A stretch of 64,000 nucleotides of DNA from Vicugna vicugna (taxonomy: Eukaryota). Every line of letters starts with the position of its first letter. Position 1 is the first letter of the stretch. Shown here one piece after another: positions 38,301 through 50,132 of the stretch. The stretch is taken from assembly GCA_013265495.1 (NCBI GenBank), contig MU058213.1, forward strand, positions 3,162,001 to 3,226,000, given 5' to 3'. The position numbers and the translations under genes are program-made. The notes beneath the pieces were generated by a model that did not search any database, was not told the origin of the DNA, and saw nothing but the letters and a program-made list of their open reading frames with translations.

Positions 38301-39999
38301 TTTTTCTTCTTAATACCCAGCCTTACTAAGAGTTTAAGCTCTTATAGTGTATAATCTGAGAGAAATACCTTCATTTGTGGTCCATTTCATAACTCCTACC
38401 TGTGTTCCCTTTATCTCATTTTTCTATTTCTGTTACCTTGCTGCAATTTTATCTACCTCTATAAACTGCTTCAACCCTTCTGGCATTCATTTATTTACAT
38501 TCATTCAACAAATATTTACTGAACACCAACTACATAACAATGCTCTAGATTCTTTTGGTTATTAACTTTGAGGGCTCAAAACAGGTTTTGAGGATTAGGC
38601 AACATGCAAGGTGAGTACATACAGAAGTAAAATGTGCAGATTAAGAGCGGGGAGGGCATTTTAGTCAAAATGAATGAGTATGTACACAACAGCAAAAAGC
38701 ATGGGCAGAGAAAGTTTTTCTCAATAGCAGTACTGCAGTTTACATTTGCTGCAAATTTGATTTAAATGCTTCTGGGATATATCCTTCCAATTATTTTATA
38801 TACGTAGTAGGCATTGGAATCAACCAGTTCCTTAAGCCTTCCTTGAGGAATTGTTTAACAATTTTTAAAAATTTTTCAGAAATGACTTTGATGACTATAT
38901 AATATACCATTAGCTTTATTATAGTTCATTCCCCTAATAATGGATGCTTAGGTTATTTATGGGTTTTTATCACAATGAAAAATGATGTAGAAAAAAGTCA
39001 TCTAAGACTTTCACTGTCTAAGTAATTAAGCATCTAAAACTGTTACTAACTAACTAATACTATTACACTATGCTTTATGGTAATTTGGCACAAATTCACA
39101 TTTTAAACAGTACTGTGACATAAATACTTCTGGAGGTAAATGGCGAGAAATATCTCTTCAGGGAACTAAAGGGTCTTCAATCCTGTTCACTGTGGGAGGG
39201 AAGAACCTTCCACTGTGTTGCTTTCTTTTTTCCAAATAGTCTCATCTTAAGTGAAGGCTCAGTTTCTGTATATATAATTTTTTTTTTCTTTAAACATCTA
39301 TAATGTCAATCTTATTTCAGTCCCCAAACTCTGGCAATAAATAAGCCTAGCCTAGGCGTGCCTAGTACTCATCAGGACTTTGTGCTGTGGGAAACAAAAG
39401 TAGGGCAGTCAATTCCAAGGCTTATTGGCTAGAACGGTCAAGTAAACCCTTTATTTGAAAAACACTAAGTTTCTGTATGGCTTTTAACTGTTACAGCAGA
39501 TAAATGCTACAAAATATTTTCACCAAGCACAGGCCAAACTAAGCTGTTTTCCAAACAGCATCAAAAGACAGAAGATCTGACAGGCAATTCTGAATATGAA
39601 ACAAAAGTGCTGGCTGCCATTTTGGCTGCTCAAAACAGCACAAAAGCTTCCTATGGTTGGTGTGAAAGGTAGAGGACGAAAGAGATGCAGAAAGATAAGA
39701 GTCACTTTCACATAAAATGCTTCTGAAATAAAAAAAGAAAGTAAATGTCACTGTTTTCTCTCTCCTGCTTCCCAAAGGGGGAAAAGAAAAATCCATTTTT
39801 TGCCAAATTGCATCATCACTCAGTAATCAATCTCCATTAAACTTCATAAATATGGTGTTGCAAAAGACTTTCAGTTTGATGTCATCTCTCTTGTTGGCCA
39901 TGTGAAAGATTTCCATTAATATAAGGCTTCATAAAACTTTAAGACCACCTGGTAAAAATATGGCTGAGATTTAAATATACAAAATAAGACCACAAAATA

Positions 40000-40900
40000 T
40001 ATCCTCAAACAAAAGGAAAAGTTTACAATCCTGAGGCAAAGATAATCTTTTTCTAAGGTTTATACAAAACCTGAAAATCATAAAGGAAAAGTTTTTTTCA
40101 TACAAAAATCATAAACCCGTTTGCAAGTCATATGAAAATGATATACTGAGAATACCTATGTAACATATATAACATATATGAGTTTTCAAAACATTTAAAG
40201 TACACCAATAAATCAATAAGAAAAAGGTTAAAACATTGAATAGAAAATATAACAAGGAATATGAGTAAGCAATTTATAAAAGACATTAAAATGGTTTATA
40301 AGAAAAAAATGCTCAACCTTACTACCAAAGATAGACAAAGAGAAACAAGATTATTTTACTGTCTAAACGATCAAAGATTAAACAGGTTAACAGGTTAGAT
40401 ACAGAAAAATAGGCACTAGAAACAGTGGAAATGTATATGGGTATTATCCTTTGAGTAATTTTATAATAACAAAATTTTATAGGCATGTACCCTGTGACCT
40501 ATCAACTCTCTTTCATTTCCTATCCATTTCCTTCCTAGGAATTTATCTGATAGAAATACTCACATGAGTAGGAAAATACGTACATATGTGTGTGAGAATG
40601 GTTGATGGAACAGTTTTTATAACATAAAAATTAGAAAGTGAAATGTTTACCAAGAGTGAATTTATTAAAATTAAAATTTGTAATATCTACAATTAATCCA
40701 ACAATTTAAAAAATTAAAGTAGATCAACATGTCCTGACATAGAAAGGTATCAATAATATACTCTGTGAAAAAAGCAAGTCAGAAAATAATGTGTATAATA
40801 AAACCCTATTTATATTAATCTATACGCAATATATCAAAATTTTAAAGAGTATCTGTCAAAAAAGACTAAAATTACATGTAACATGTCTGCTAAATTTTCA
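40000..40900 (+). mobile_element. Old, degenerate L1 (L1M-type) ORF2 end / 3' region
   Basis: A-rich decayed L1 motifs such as ATGCTCAACCTTACTA and ATGTACCCTGTGACCTATCAACTC...CTAGGAATTTATC; boundaries approximate. Confidence 0.55.
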
Positions 40901-43269
40901 GTGAGCTATTTATGACCTTCATAAACAGCAGGAAAAAAATAAACATTTTTTAAAATGAAAAGATAAACCCAATTTTAAATAAATGAATGACTGACACAAA
41001 TCCAAGTATCTTCTGGATGATTGTCTCTTTAAGGGAATCATATTAGAATGTTTACATCTGAGGTACCAAAAGTTTACTGTGGAAAACTGATGCCACAGGA
41101 AAGAGAGCACAAGCCAGGGCTTCGAAGAGTCCACAGTGTAGTCATTACAGCATCAAAGTGTGGGTCCAATGGCTGTCCTGCCTCTTGGTTATACCCATCT
41201 TTCAAGTGGTAGCAAAGAACCTCTCCAGAGCGAGCAGGCTTTCCTAGTTCTAATGTAGTGGACTTTCATTTACACACTGAACTCCACTGCTAAAGATAGC
41301 TATCTGGGGGAAAAAAATCTCCAATTAGAGTAGCAATGCTCAGAAAGAGGCAGCAATATTGTCATATACAGCAGATTTAACGTTTTGACCTTGAAAACAA
41401 ATTCTGCAAGAAGTGAGTCAATACACAGTTTCTTCACAAGTAATTCTGTGATGTAACATCCTTCAAATTGGGACATAGCAGCAACCACTGCTTTTTTTGA
41501 AGATAAAAACATCCCTTTTTGCCGCCGCCTAAAAGAAGCCACACCTCTGACAAAAAGTTTGAAATAAGGTGAATAAACAATATGAATTCAAAATGTTGGG
41601 GGCAAATTAAGATACACATTAGTATGTAAATATCCCTTTCACCAGGTATTCTCATTCTGAGAAAAATTCTGACTTTCCGGGACTGTTATATCTTAATTTT
41701 AGAAAAGCCTGGAGAAGCCAATATAAAAGCCTGACCAGGCCCCTTACCCTCATTTGGGCAATGTAAGCCCCTGGTCTGTTGGCTCCTTTTCCCTTTTCAG
41801 GGAATCAATAAGTAAAATTACTGGGTTCTTGCTTTATGTTTTCTTCTACTCTCAAATTTTTAAAAAAATTTGTTTTTACTTGTTAAAATATATGTATTCA
41901 TCATCTATCTGTATTTTTCATTTATTTTAAACATACCTTCCACAAAAGGATAATCTGCCCTAACTTTTTTTTTACAACTCTCTTTTACTTGTCATTTGCG
42001 AAAAAAGCTAGAAAGATGGGAAACAAAGGGATTTCCATTTTTTTAAGTACACAATAGATAATTAAGTATACATTCACTGTTACTTTCTAGTAGTAATATC
42101 AGATAAAATGTCAGTAAAGATGTTATTTGAGTTATCAACTAATCAAATACATAAGCAGTCATTACCAACCCCATGATACGTTATATTTCTTTGCCTTTCA
42201 CTTTCACTTACATTTGCTCTCATAAAGTCCTCAAACAAGTTTCTAAAAGACTTTTTTACTTGAATGTTCTATATGTCAACTCAACTTGAAGTTGATCTCA
42301 AGGGTCAGATGCTGTATGTAATATACGCAGGATTGACGTCCCCAAAAGGAGAAGTCTAAGCTCTAAACTGTTTCTTTCCCTGAAAGACAAATGCTTACAC
42401 AGGCACTGTATCTCTGGAAGGCTGGGATTTCACATTCTTTGTAGGCTGTTTATGAAATCAACTTAAAGTACCATTTCTGAACGTTAAAAACACCACCCAT
42501 TCCTACTGTTAAGTTAAGATTTATACTTTAGATGCACAACTAAAACAAATCAAAACCAAAATTAAAGGCCCAAACATAAGCACTCTGCTTTCAGGACCTT
42601 TAATGCAGCAGAGTGCAAAGTCACAGTCAGGAAAGGGGCCAGGTTTCCTTCAGCCTAGTAAAAGGCAAGAAGCTCTATCAAAAAATCAAATGAAGATCTC
42701 ATCTGACTTTTTTCCATCAAACTTCCCAGTCTAAAAGTATGTATGAGATTAAATCATCACTCTTCAAATGTAGAATATGTTTTATGTAAATGTTACTTAT
42801 GCAGGCCAATAATATTTTTCATGGGTAGATCACTCTGCCACTTACAAAGTGATATTTTTATATCATATTTGATCTTCACAAATACCCTATGAAGTATGGC
42901 AATGACTGTGAAACACAATGTACAACAGAGACTCATAAGTTAAATTACCTGTCAACATCATTAAATGTCCTGACTCCCAATCCAATTGCCTTTTTACATT
43001 TCATCATGCTGGCAACATGAACCAGAAATAAGGTTTTAGGATAGTGCTTTATGGACAAACGAAGAAAAATGAGATCCCTAACTTCCTGCTAATACTAATA
43101 CTTCCTTGCTAACACTTCCTTCAGAAAACCTTACCAGCCCGTAAGCAGGTTTCCACAAATTAAATACCTTTTTTCAAGTTTATCTGGTGCAATACATCAA
43201 ACATGACCTTTGAAACCAATTCATACTTTTTTACCGTTTTTAATTTAGTCAAAACTGCAGAACTGCCAG

Positions 43270-43562
43270 AGAAAGCCAAATACTGTATGATATCACTTAT
43301 ATGTGGAATATAAAAAATACAACAAACTAGTGAATATAACAAAAAAGAATATACTCACAGATATAGAGAACAAACCAGTGGTTACCAACTGAGGGGCGGT
43401 GGGGTACAGGGGTCGGGGAGTGGGAGGTACAAACAGTTGGCTGTATAGGCTCAAGGATGTATTATTGTACAACACAGGGAACAGAGCCAATATTTTGTAG
43501 TAACTGTAAATGGAAAGTAACCTTTAAAAACTATATTTAAAATGCTTTAAAAATTTAAAACA
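43270..43562 (+). mobile_element. 5'-truncated L1 with a perfect 19-bp target-site duplication
   Basis: L1 3' UTR (CAAATACTGTATGATATCACTTATATGTGGAAT...) flanked by AAAACTGCAGAACTGCCAG at 43251-43269 and 43563-43581. Confidence 0.92.
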
Positions 43563-46118
43563 AAAACTGCAGAACTGCCAGGAAGAAAATTCTTGAAAAT
43601 GTAAAGTTGTCACTTACAGTACAGCAACATCCTCACATTAAGCACACACAAACACAGAAACAGTTCAGCCTCTGGTAGTTCTGCATTGTTAGATGAGTCT
43701 GCATTTTCTGTTTCAAAATACTGTGGGCTTAACAGGCCTTGCACTGTGTCCATAGTCTTGACAAGCAGAAACTACTTCTTAATTCTTAGTTCAAAATCAC
43801 CTAATTTTTAAAAATATTTAACTTGGATAAGAATACAATTACAGAACCTAGCCAACAATACTGTGGAACCAGTTAGTAAAATCAGACATATTAATCAATT
43901 ATGACTGTTTTCTTATGCCCTGTAAATGAACCCATATATTTAGTAAGATATTGGCCCAACACAGGACATAAAACATACAAAAGGAAACAATAGAAAGTTC
44001 TGAAAAGAAACTGAAATTTAAGGAGAGAAGCAAAGCTCCAAAGAAAACAACCTAAGAAAATGAAGTGTGACTTCTACAGCTTAAAAAACAAAAAAGCTTC
44101 AGAATGGATATTTTAAGAGTTAATGAACACTTGGAGTTGAGGTGAGTTCAATTTTTCAAGACTGCAGAAATACACAGACTATTCTCATCAAAGAACAACG
44201 TGGCCCTTTACGACAGAAAACAAAATGTGGGCTAAATGATACGCTACCTACCCACCCATATCCAATGTATCTATAACAGAAAATAATGCAAAGCATAATA
44301 AAAAAAACAGACATATAAAACATAGTACTCAAAATGATTCAATGAAAAGAAGCTTAAAGTCTCCCATTTTATAGTAATTGTTCAACTTCTTTATTTCCAC
44401 TGGCAAATGATTACAAATAAACAAAAAATCCTATCTCCAGACCTTTCCAGATTAATACACCCAAGTTTTGTCACCTGGTGTTATAGGAATAATCACGACT
44501 GCACTGCCTTCACTGAAGAAAAGTAAGCAATTTTCTTTGATTTTACTATACAATGAGAAAGGAGAACAGATCAAAATAAGATGAGATGTACAAGTGCTAA
44601 GAATTTTTGTCCTTTTTTTCCCTTTCCAGCCCAACCAATGCATTTCTTGTCACTTCCTGACAAATAATTTACATTTAAGCTTGTTATTCATAGTCTGTGG
44701 ATGCAGTAACAGGGGCTCTGCCTATGCAGTTTGCTGTTGCTGCTAATTTGCTTTTCAAGATTAACGTTTAGAGTCCACTTGACTGGAATTGCTGCAGCTG
44801 TGCCCTTTTGTAAAATTAAGGTTTTCTCCCTCAAGAAAGTTTGGAAAATACCAGAAAATAGAAAGGAAAAATAACTTGTAGTTTCACCATCTAATCACTT
44901 TTTTAACTATGAGTATTCTTTGAGTCTTATTTCTTTAAGACACAATCACTTCTAGCTCTACAGTTAACAAAATTAGACTTTCTAACCAACTTTCATTTAA
45001 AAACTAGACTTTCCCACACCCTTAAACATTATTTGAGAAAGACTTTTACTAGCTTCTTTAAGAATCTCATCTTTAGCTTTGGGTAAAGGATTAAAAATTA
45101 TTCACTAAAATAATACCCTTTCTTCTCCTTTCCCTTCCCCTTTATGATCAAAGCTCAGGACAAAACAGCAAACCATCAGCCTGAGAAATGTGGGGCCTAT
45201 TAAGATTCAAACCTTAAGCCAAAGATATGATGCTCTAATAGTGACATTTCAAGCACTATCCAGTACATGTGACTTTATCAGAGGAGGCAAATCTGCTAAA
45301 ATTCTCAGTGCTAAAATAATTATCTATTCCAGCTACACGACAGAGCCATTCTGGTTTTTTTCAATAAATCTAGAGTGAAGAAGCGCAAATTTCACCCATT
45401 CCACGAAATACCTAATTGAGTAGTTAAAACTGGCGCTCCCCACGGCAAAAAGTTGGATTCGTTAAACAAAAATAAACATGTAACGCGTACAAGGCACTGT
45501 GTGGACTGCTGCTCCGGAGAACTTATCCATCAGGAAAGTCGACACTAAAGGGAACCGGCGGAAGGGGACAAGGATAGGGAGGGGGATTTGATCATGATCA
45601 CTCTGGCGCACGAGCAGAAATCCCAAATGCATTATTTAATATTTAATCTTTCTGTTATTGGCATCACGGAGCTCAAACGTCACCAAAAAAGATGGGCCGG
45701 CTGAAAACCCGGCAGCGTGACGCACATAACATCTTACCATACGGACTCGAATCAATCAGGACCGAGAAGCGCCTTAAGCCAGCCCCGCGACAGAAGGCGG
45801 GTGCGTCCCCCGGGCCGTCAGCTTCCCCCGCACCCCCCGCGCACCGCTCGCATCTGCACGCAGGAATCGGAGGCTGCAGGACCACCAGACCAGTCGCCTC
45901 GGGGTTCGGCTCTGGCCGAGGGGGCTGCGGACTCGCGCACGGAGGACACCCAGGCGGCCGCAAACGCCAAGGGTCAAGCCCCTACCCGAGCAGCCCCCCC
46001 CCGCCTCCGTGGACACCCCGCGACTGCCTCGGCAAGGACTGAACCGCGAGTGCCGGCCAGGACCACGACAGTCCGCCAGACTCCCTCTCCCGGGGTGCAG
46101 ACCCGCCCGGGGCCGTAC

Positions 46119-46260
46119 CTGAGGGAGCAGCGCCACCTCCGCCGGCCGGCGCTGGCTGTCGCGGTGGCGGCAGTCACAGCTCCCAGAGCAGTGACGCCTC
46201 TCATAAAAACAACAACCTGCTCTCAGGCGTCCGCGGCCGGGAGGCGGCAGCCGGCGGGAC
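46119..46260 (-). other. CCPG1: CCPG1 non-coding exon 1 (5' end uncertain)
   Basis: CCCTCAG|gtacgg donor at 46119/46118 inside the CpG island. The TSS cannot be determined from sequence alone. Confidence 0.75.
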
Positions 46261-46266
46261 GCCGCA

Positions 46267-46339
46267 GCGCATGCCGGGATTCGTAGTCCCGCCCGCGCTT
46301 CGTGTCGGGCGGCGGCGGAGAAAGGAACTACGACTCCCG
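46267..46339. promoter_or_regulatory. Two divergent ZNF143-type ACTAC-N3-TCCC motifs plus an NRF1-like GCGCATGC
   Basis: Minus: ACTACGAATCCCGGCATGCGC (46287-46267). Plus: ACTACGACTCCCG (46327-46339). This motif is typical of bidirectional promoters. Confidence 0.75.
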
Positions 46340-46450
46340 AAGAGGAGCGCAGCCGCCGCTGTGAGGCTGCAGGAAGCTGTGGGAAGTTGGGCCCCGCGGC
46401 CGTGAGCCTCACAACATCCGGGCCCCAGGGCTGGAGAGGCGCCGCGGCCA

Positions 46451-46464
46451 GTTACTATGGAGAC
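46451..46464 (+). promoter_or_regulatory. RFX X-box upstream of PIERCE2
   Basis: GTTACTATGGAGAC closely matches the X-box consensus GTTRCYATGGNNAC; PIERCE2 is a motile-cilia gene. Confidence 0.7.
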
Positions 46465-46688
46465 GGGCTGCTACAACCACTCGGAAGGATTCCACCCAGG
46501 AGGACGGCTCCCGGGATTAAGCGGATTCGTTTCTTGGTATTGATCCAGCCGCCGACGGTTCACCTCCTCTTTGCTGCTTTAACTGGGTATGGTAAAAGGG
46601 TCGCGTTCCCTCGGCGCTCGCTGGCCTTCTTGCCATCCGCTGCAGGAAAAGACTGCGTTTGCCGAAAAAAATTAAGAAGATACCGAGA

Positions 46689-46706
46689 ATGACCGAGTGC
46701 GACTGG
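46689..46706 (+). CDS. PIERCE2: PIERCE2 (C15orf65) coding exon 1
   Basis: AGAATG ACC GAG TGC GAC TGG|gtgggt encodes MTECDW. It is phase 0 and joins exon 2 to give 121 aa. Confidence 0.85.
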
Positions 46707-47540
46707 GTGGGTTTGGGCAGAGGGCTGGACGTTTTTGACTGTTGGTACTCTTACTGTAAATTTGGGGCACCCCGCACTCCCACTCACCCCACCCCCAAAA
46801 AACCACCTTTCTCGGCAACCACTGGGCCACACAGTTGCAACATGCATTGCAGTAAGCCAGAATTGCCTCTAAAGGTAGGAAGATGACTGGGGACAGTGTG
46901 CAGCTTGTACCCCTTCGCTAACTGCGGTGATGAGTTTGAACAAGAAAAATATACCTTGTTAATTTTACATTTATTTACATTGTGCCTTGATCAAAAAAAG
47001 GAATTGGGGGGAGGACATGGTGCATTTATACTCACTTCTCATGGAAACAGAAGGTTAAGGTTTAATTCTCTCTCCCCTAATTGTGGCCAAAAAAGATAAA
47101 TTAAGAAAAATACTATCTTCTTATCCTTAAGAGTTGCTGACCCAATGTGTAACCTAGTAGAGAATTTGAAATAATCTTACTATTCTTTGTATTGAGCTCT
47201 TTTGTTTTTAATTGTATGTTTTGAACTCCACATTTTAATACCATACTTGAAGAAGGTTAAACTCAAATAAGAAAGCTGCAGTGAGGGCCTATGATATAAA
47301 AGCAGTGGGTGTTTTGTTTCTAAGTCTATAAAAATTTGTGAATTTTCCTGTGGGGCTAAAAGATTTAGGTAGACACTAACTTTTACAGATTGTGTGGTAC
47401 AAATTATGCCAACAAAAATTTTCAGCTAATTTGTCTTCCATTTTTGACTAGATTCCGTTTTCTGTTTTGAGTCAAAGTTGATTAGAATTCTAGAGCCAGT
47501 TTTAGAGGGTGATTTGAGAGTCACAACCTCTGTGACTGAG

Positions 47541-47555
47541 GTTGCCCTGGGCAAC
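47541..47555. promoter_or_regulatory. Palindromic RFX X-box in PIERCE2 intron 1
   Basis: GTTGCC-CTG-GGCAAC, with two perfect half-sites. Confidence 0.55.
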
Positions 47556-49149
47556 CTGATTGAGGGTCCATAACGTAAATTAGGGTTGCTACTTGTTCCC
47601 ACAAGTCACGGGGCAGCACCTTCCACCTAAGAAGCCTTCCATGGGCTGGGTAATCTAGACATTTTAAGAAAACCTGACCTGTTGTAATACCATGGGATTC
47701 TGGTGACTTACTCTTCTCTAGTATCTGTGCTCTTGATATTTAAAATACATTAATAAGCAGTGTCAAAAAGAATAAATAGCAAGAGCTGATGAGTTCTACT
47801 TCCAGCTTTGCCAGCTTCCTCCAAGATTATGAGTATTACATGAGTATTACTGAACTGTAGCATATTACTGTAAGGTGTTATTAACCTGTAAATTTCAAAA
47901 CTGAATTCTGGAAGATCATGCATATGCATTGAGGTAGACCTGCAAAAAAGAAAATGGTAAAAACTGGTTCCATTTAGATGGCAACTTATTTACACCCGAT
48001 TTATTTTCATTTGTTCTCCACAAACCACAAGAACTGTGGCAGATTTTTTTTCACCAATTTTACAGACAATATACAAGTAAAGGTGCAATGATGACAAAGA
48101 ACTAGAATCTAGGTCACACAGTTCTTGCCTTGTGCTACATCTCTAACACTCTATTGATACTCTTCAAATCTGTACAAAAGAAAAAAGAACAGAGTAAATA
48201 CTTCACATTTGCAGATCTGAACTCAAGATTTCAGAACAAATAGGTCTTGACAGTGGGAAACTTAACTTTGCTGAGACATTAAGTAGAATAACCCAGCAAT
48301 TCAGAATCAGTGGGTTATTCTAAAGAGGAACCCACCTAATTTGACCCAAATTTGATCCTCACTTAAGCCTGACAACTTGGTCAATATTCTTTCCTCCATT
48401 TTAGAGTTGGAGAAACTGAGAATATATACTTGCTAGTTTTAAGGATTTAGAATTCTTCAAGGGTCTCAGCCTCATGAATCACAAGAATCTACTATAGAGT
48501 CTTCAAAGTAAAAGAACTTTAATGCATATAAACAATCTTCTATTAATTTAACCTTAAAAAGTCAGTTACAGCACCCTGCCAATTTCTATGAGATGATATA
48601 TAATATAATTTCAGACATGGAAGGACTTAGATCTTAAATATTCCAGAAGTTGCCAAATTTGGGGGGCTTATTTGACTACCAACATTTTCTGCCTACAGGG
48701 ACACCAAAGAATGCATTTTTAAGGGCTTTATAACAAGTAAATCCCTATACACTTTCCTTTTGTTCGAATAACTGAAAATCACTTTCCTGTTGGTACATTT
48801 GGAGAGTCCTCAGATCCTCAGATTAGGAAAGAAAACTGTGTAATCCATCTCCTTTGTTTTATATTCATAGACAAGGAACTTCAAGCCTTGCAAAATAATT
48901 TCATCAAAGTCACACAGCTGTTATCTGTGGCAACATCAGAACCCGGAACTGGTGACACCTAATATGTGCTTTAGATAATTCTTACAGCAGGACGTACACA
49001 AATACAAGTTTCCCAATTAGTCTGTTTGACTTGTTCTTCACAGAAAAATACTTTCAAAATGCTTATTAAGGGCATTGTTCAAGTAGAACATTAATAGTTG
49101 ACTGAAGATGTGCAATATGGTTTTATAGTACTTTTAAATAAAAAGCTAG

Positions 49150-50132
49150 AACAACCCAATTAAAAAATAGACAGAAGACGTGAACGGACATATTTCCTAA
49201 GACATACAGATGGCACATAGGCACATGGAAAGATGCTCAACATCACTAATCATCAGAGAAACGCAAATCAAAACCACAATGAGATATCACTTCACACCTG
49301 CCAGAATAACTATCATCAAAAAGTCCACAAATAACAAATGTTGGCAAAGATGTGGAGAAAAGAGAACCCTTGTTCACTGTTGGCGGGAATGTAAATTGGT
49401 TTTGCCACTGTGGAAAACAGTATGCAGGTTTCTCAAAAACTAAAAATTGAACTACTATATGATACAGCAATTCCACTCATGGGTATATAAAGTGGCCCCC
49501 CAAAAAAACCCCTAAAAACTAATTTGAGCAATTCCACTCCTGGGTATATATATCTGAAGAAAATGAAAACATTAAGTCGAAAAAATATGCACCCCTCCCA
49601 TATTCACAGCAGCATTATTTACAATAGCCAATAAGTGGAAGCAACCTAAGTGTCCATCAACAGATGAAGGGATAAAGATGATGTGGGAATACCACATCAG
49701 CCATAAAAAAGAATGAAATTTTGCCATTTGCATGACATGGACAGACTTGGAGGGTATTATGCTAAGTGAAATAAGTCAAACAGAGAAAGACAAATACTGT
49801 ATGATATCACTTATATGTGGAATCTAAAAAATAACAACAAACAAGTGAATGTAACAAAAAAGAAGCAGACTCACAGATACAGAGAACAAACCAGTGGTCA
49901 CCAGTAGGGAGAGGGAAGCGAGGGAGGGGCAAGACAGGGGTAGGGAATTAAGAAGTATAAACTACTATGTATAAAATAAATAAGCCACAAGGATATGTTG
50001 TACAACACAGGCAATATAGCCAATATTTTATAACTGCAAATGGGGTATAACCTTTAAAAATTCTGAATCACTATGTTGTACATCTGAAACATAATATTGT
50101 AAATCAACTGTACCTCAAAAATAAATAAATAA
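49150..50132 (+). mobile_element. 5'-truncated L1 (ORF2 end plus 3' UTR)
   Basis: ORF2 C-terminal remnant [32 protein letters not shown]..., then a 3' UTR and an (AAAT)n tail. Confidence 0.93.

Larger units (their letters stand above)
45690..46720. promoter_or_regulatory. CpG island / bidirectional promoter of CCPG1 (-) and PIERCE2 (+)
   Basis: Abrupt GC- and CpG-rich segment in AT-rich DNA, containing the head-to-head first exons of both genes. Confidence 0.92.

Noticed and set aside
45673..46412. Long overlapping ORFs (96-212 aa) on both strands
   Set aside because: Stop-codon depletion in a CpG island; the products are low-complexity R/A/P/G-rich. Only the spliced uORF from 46204 is kept as a finding.
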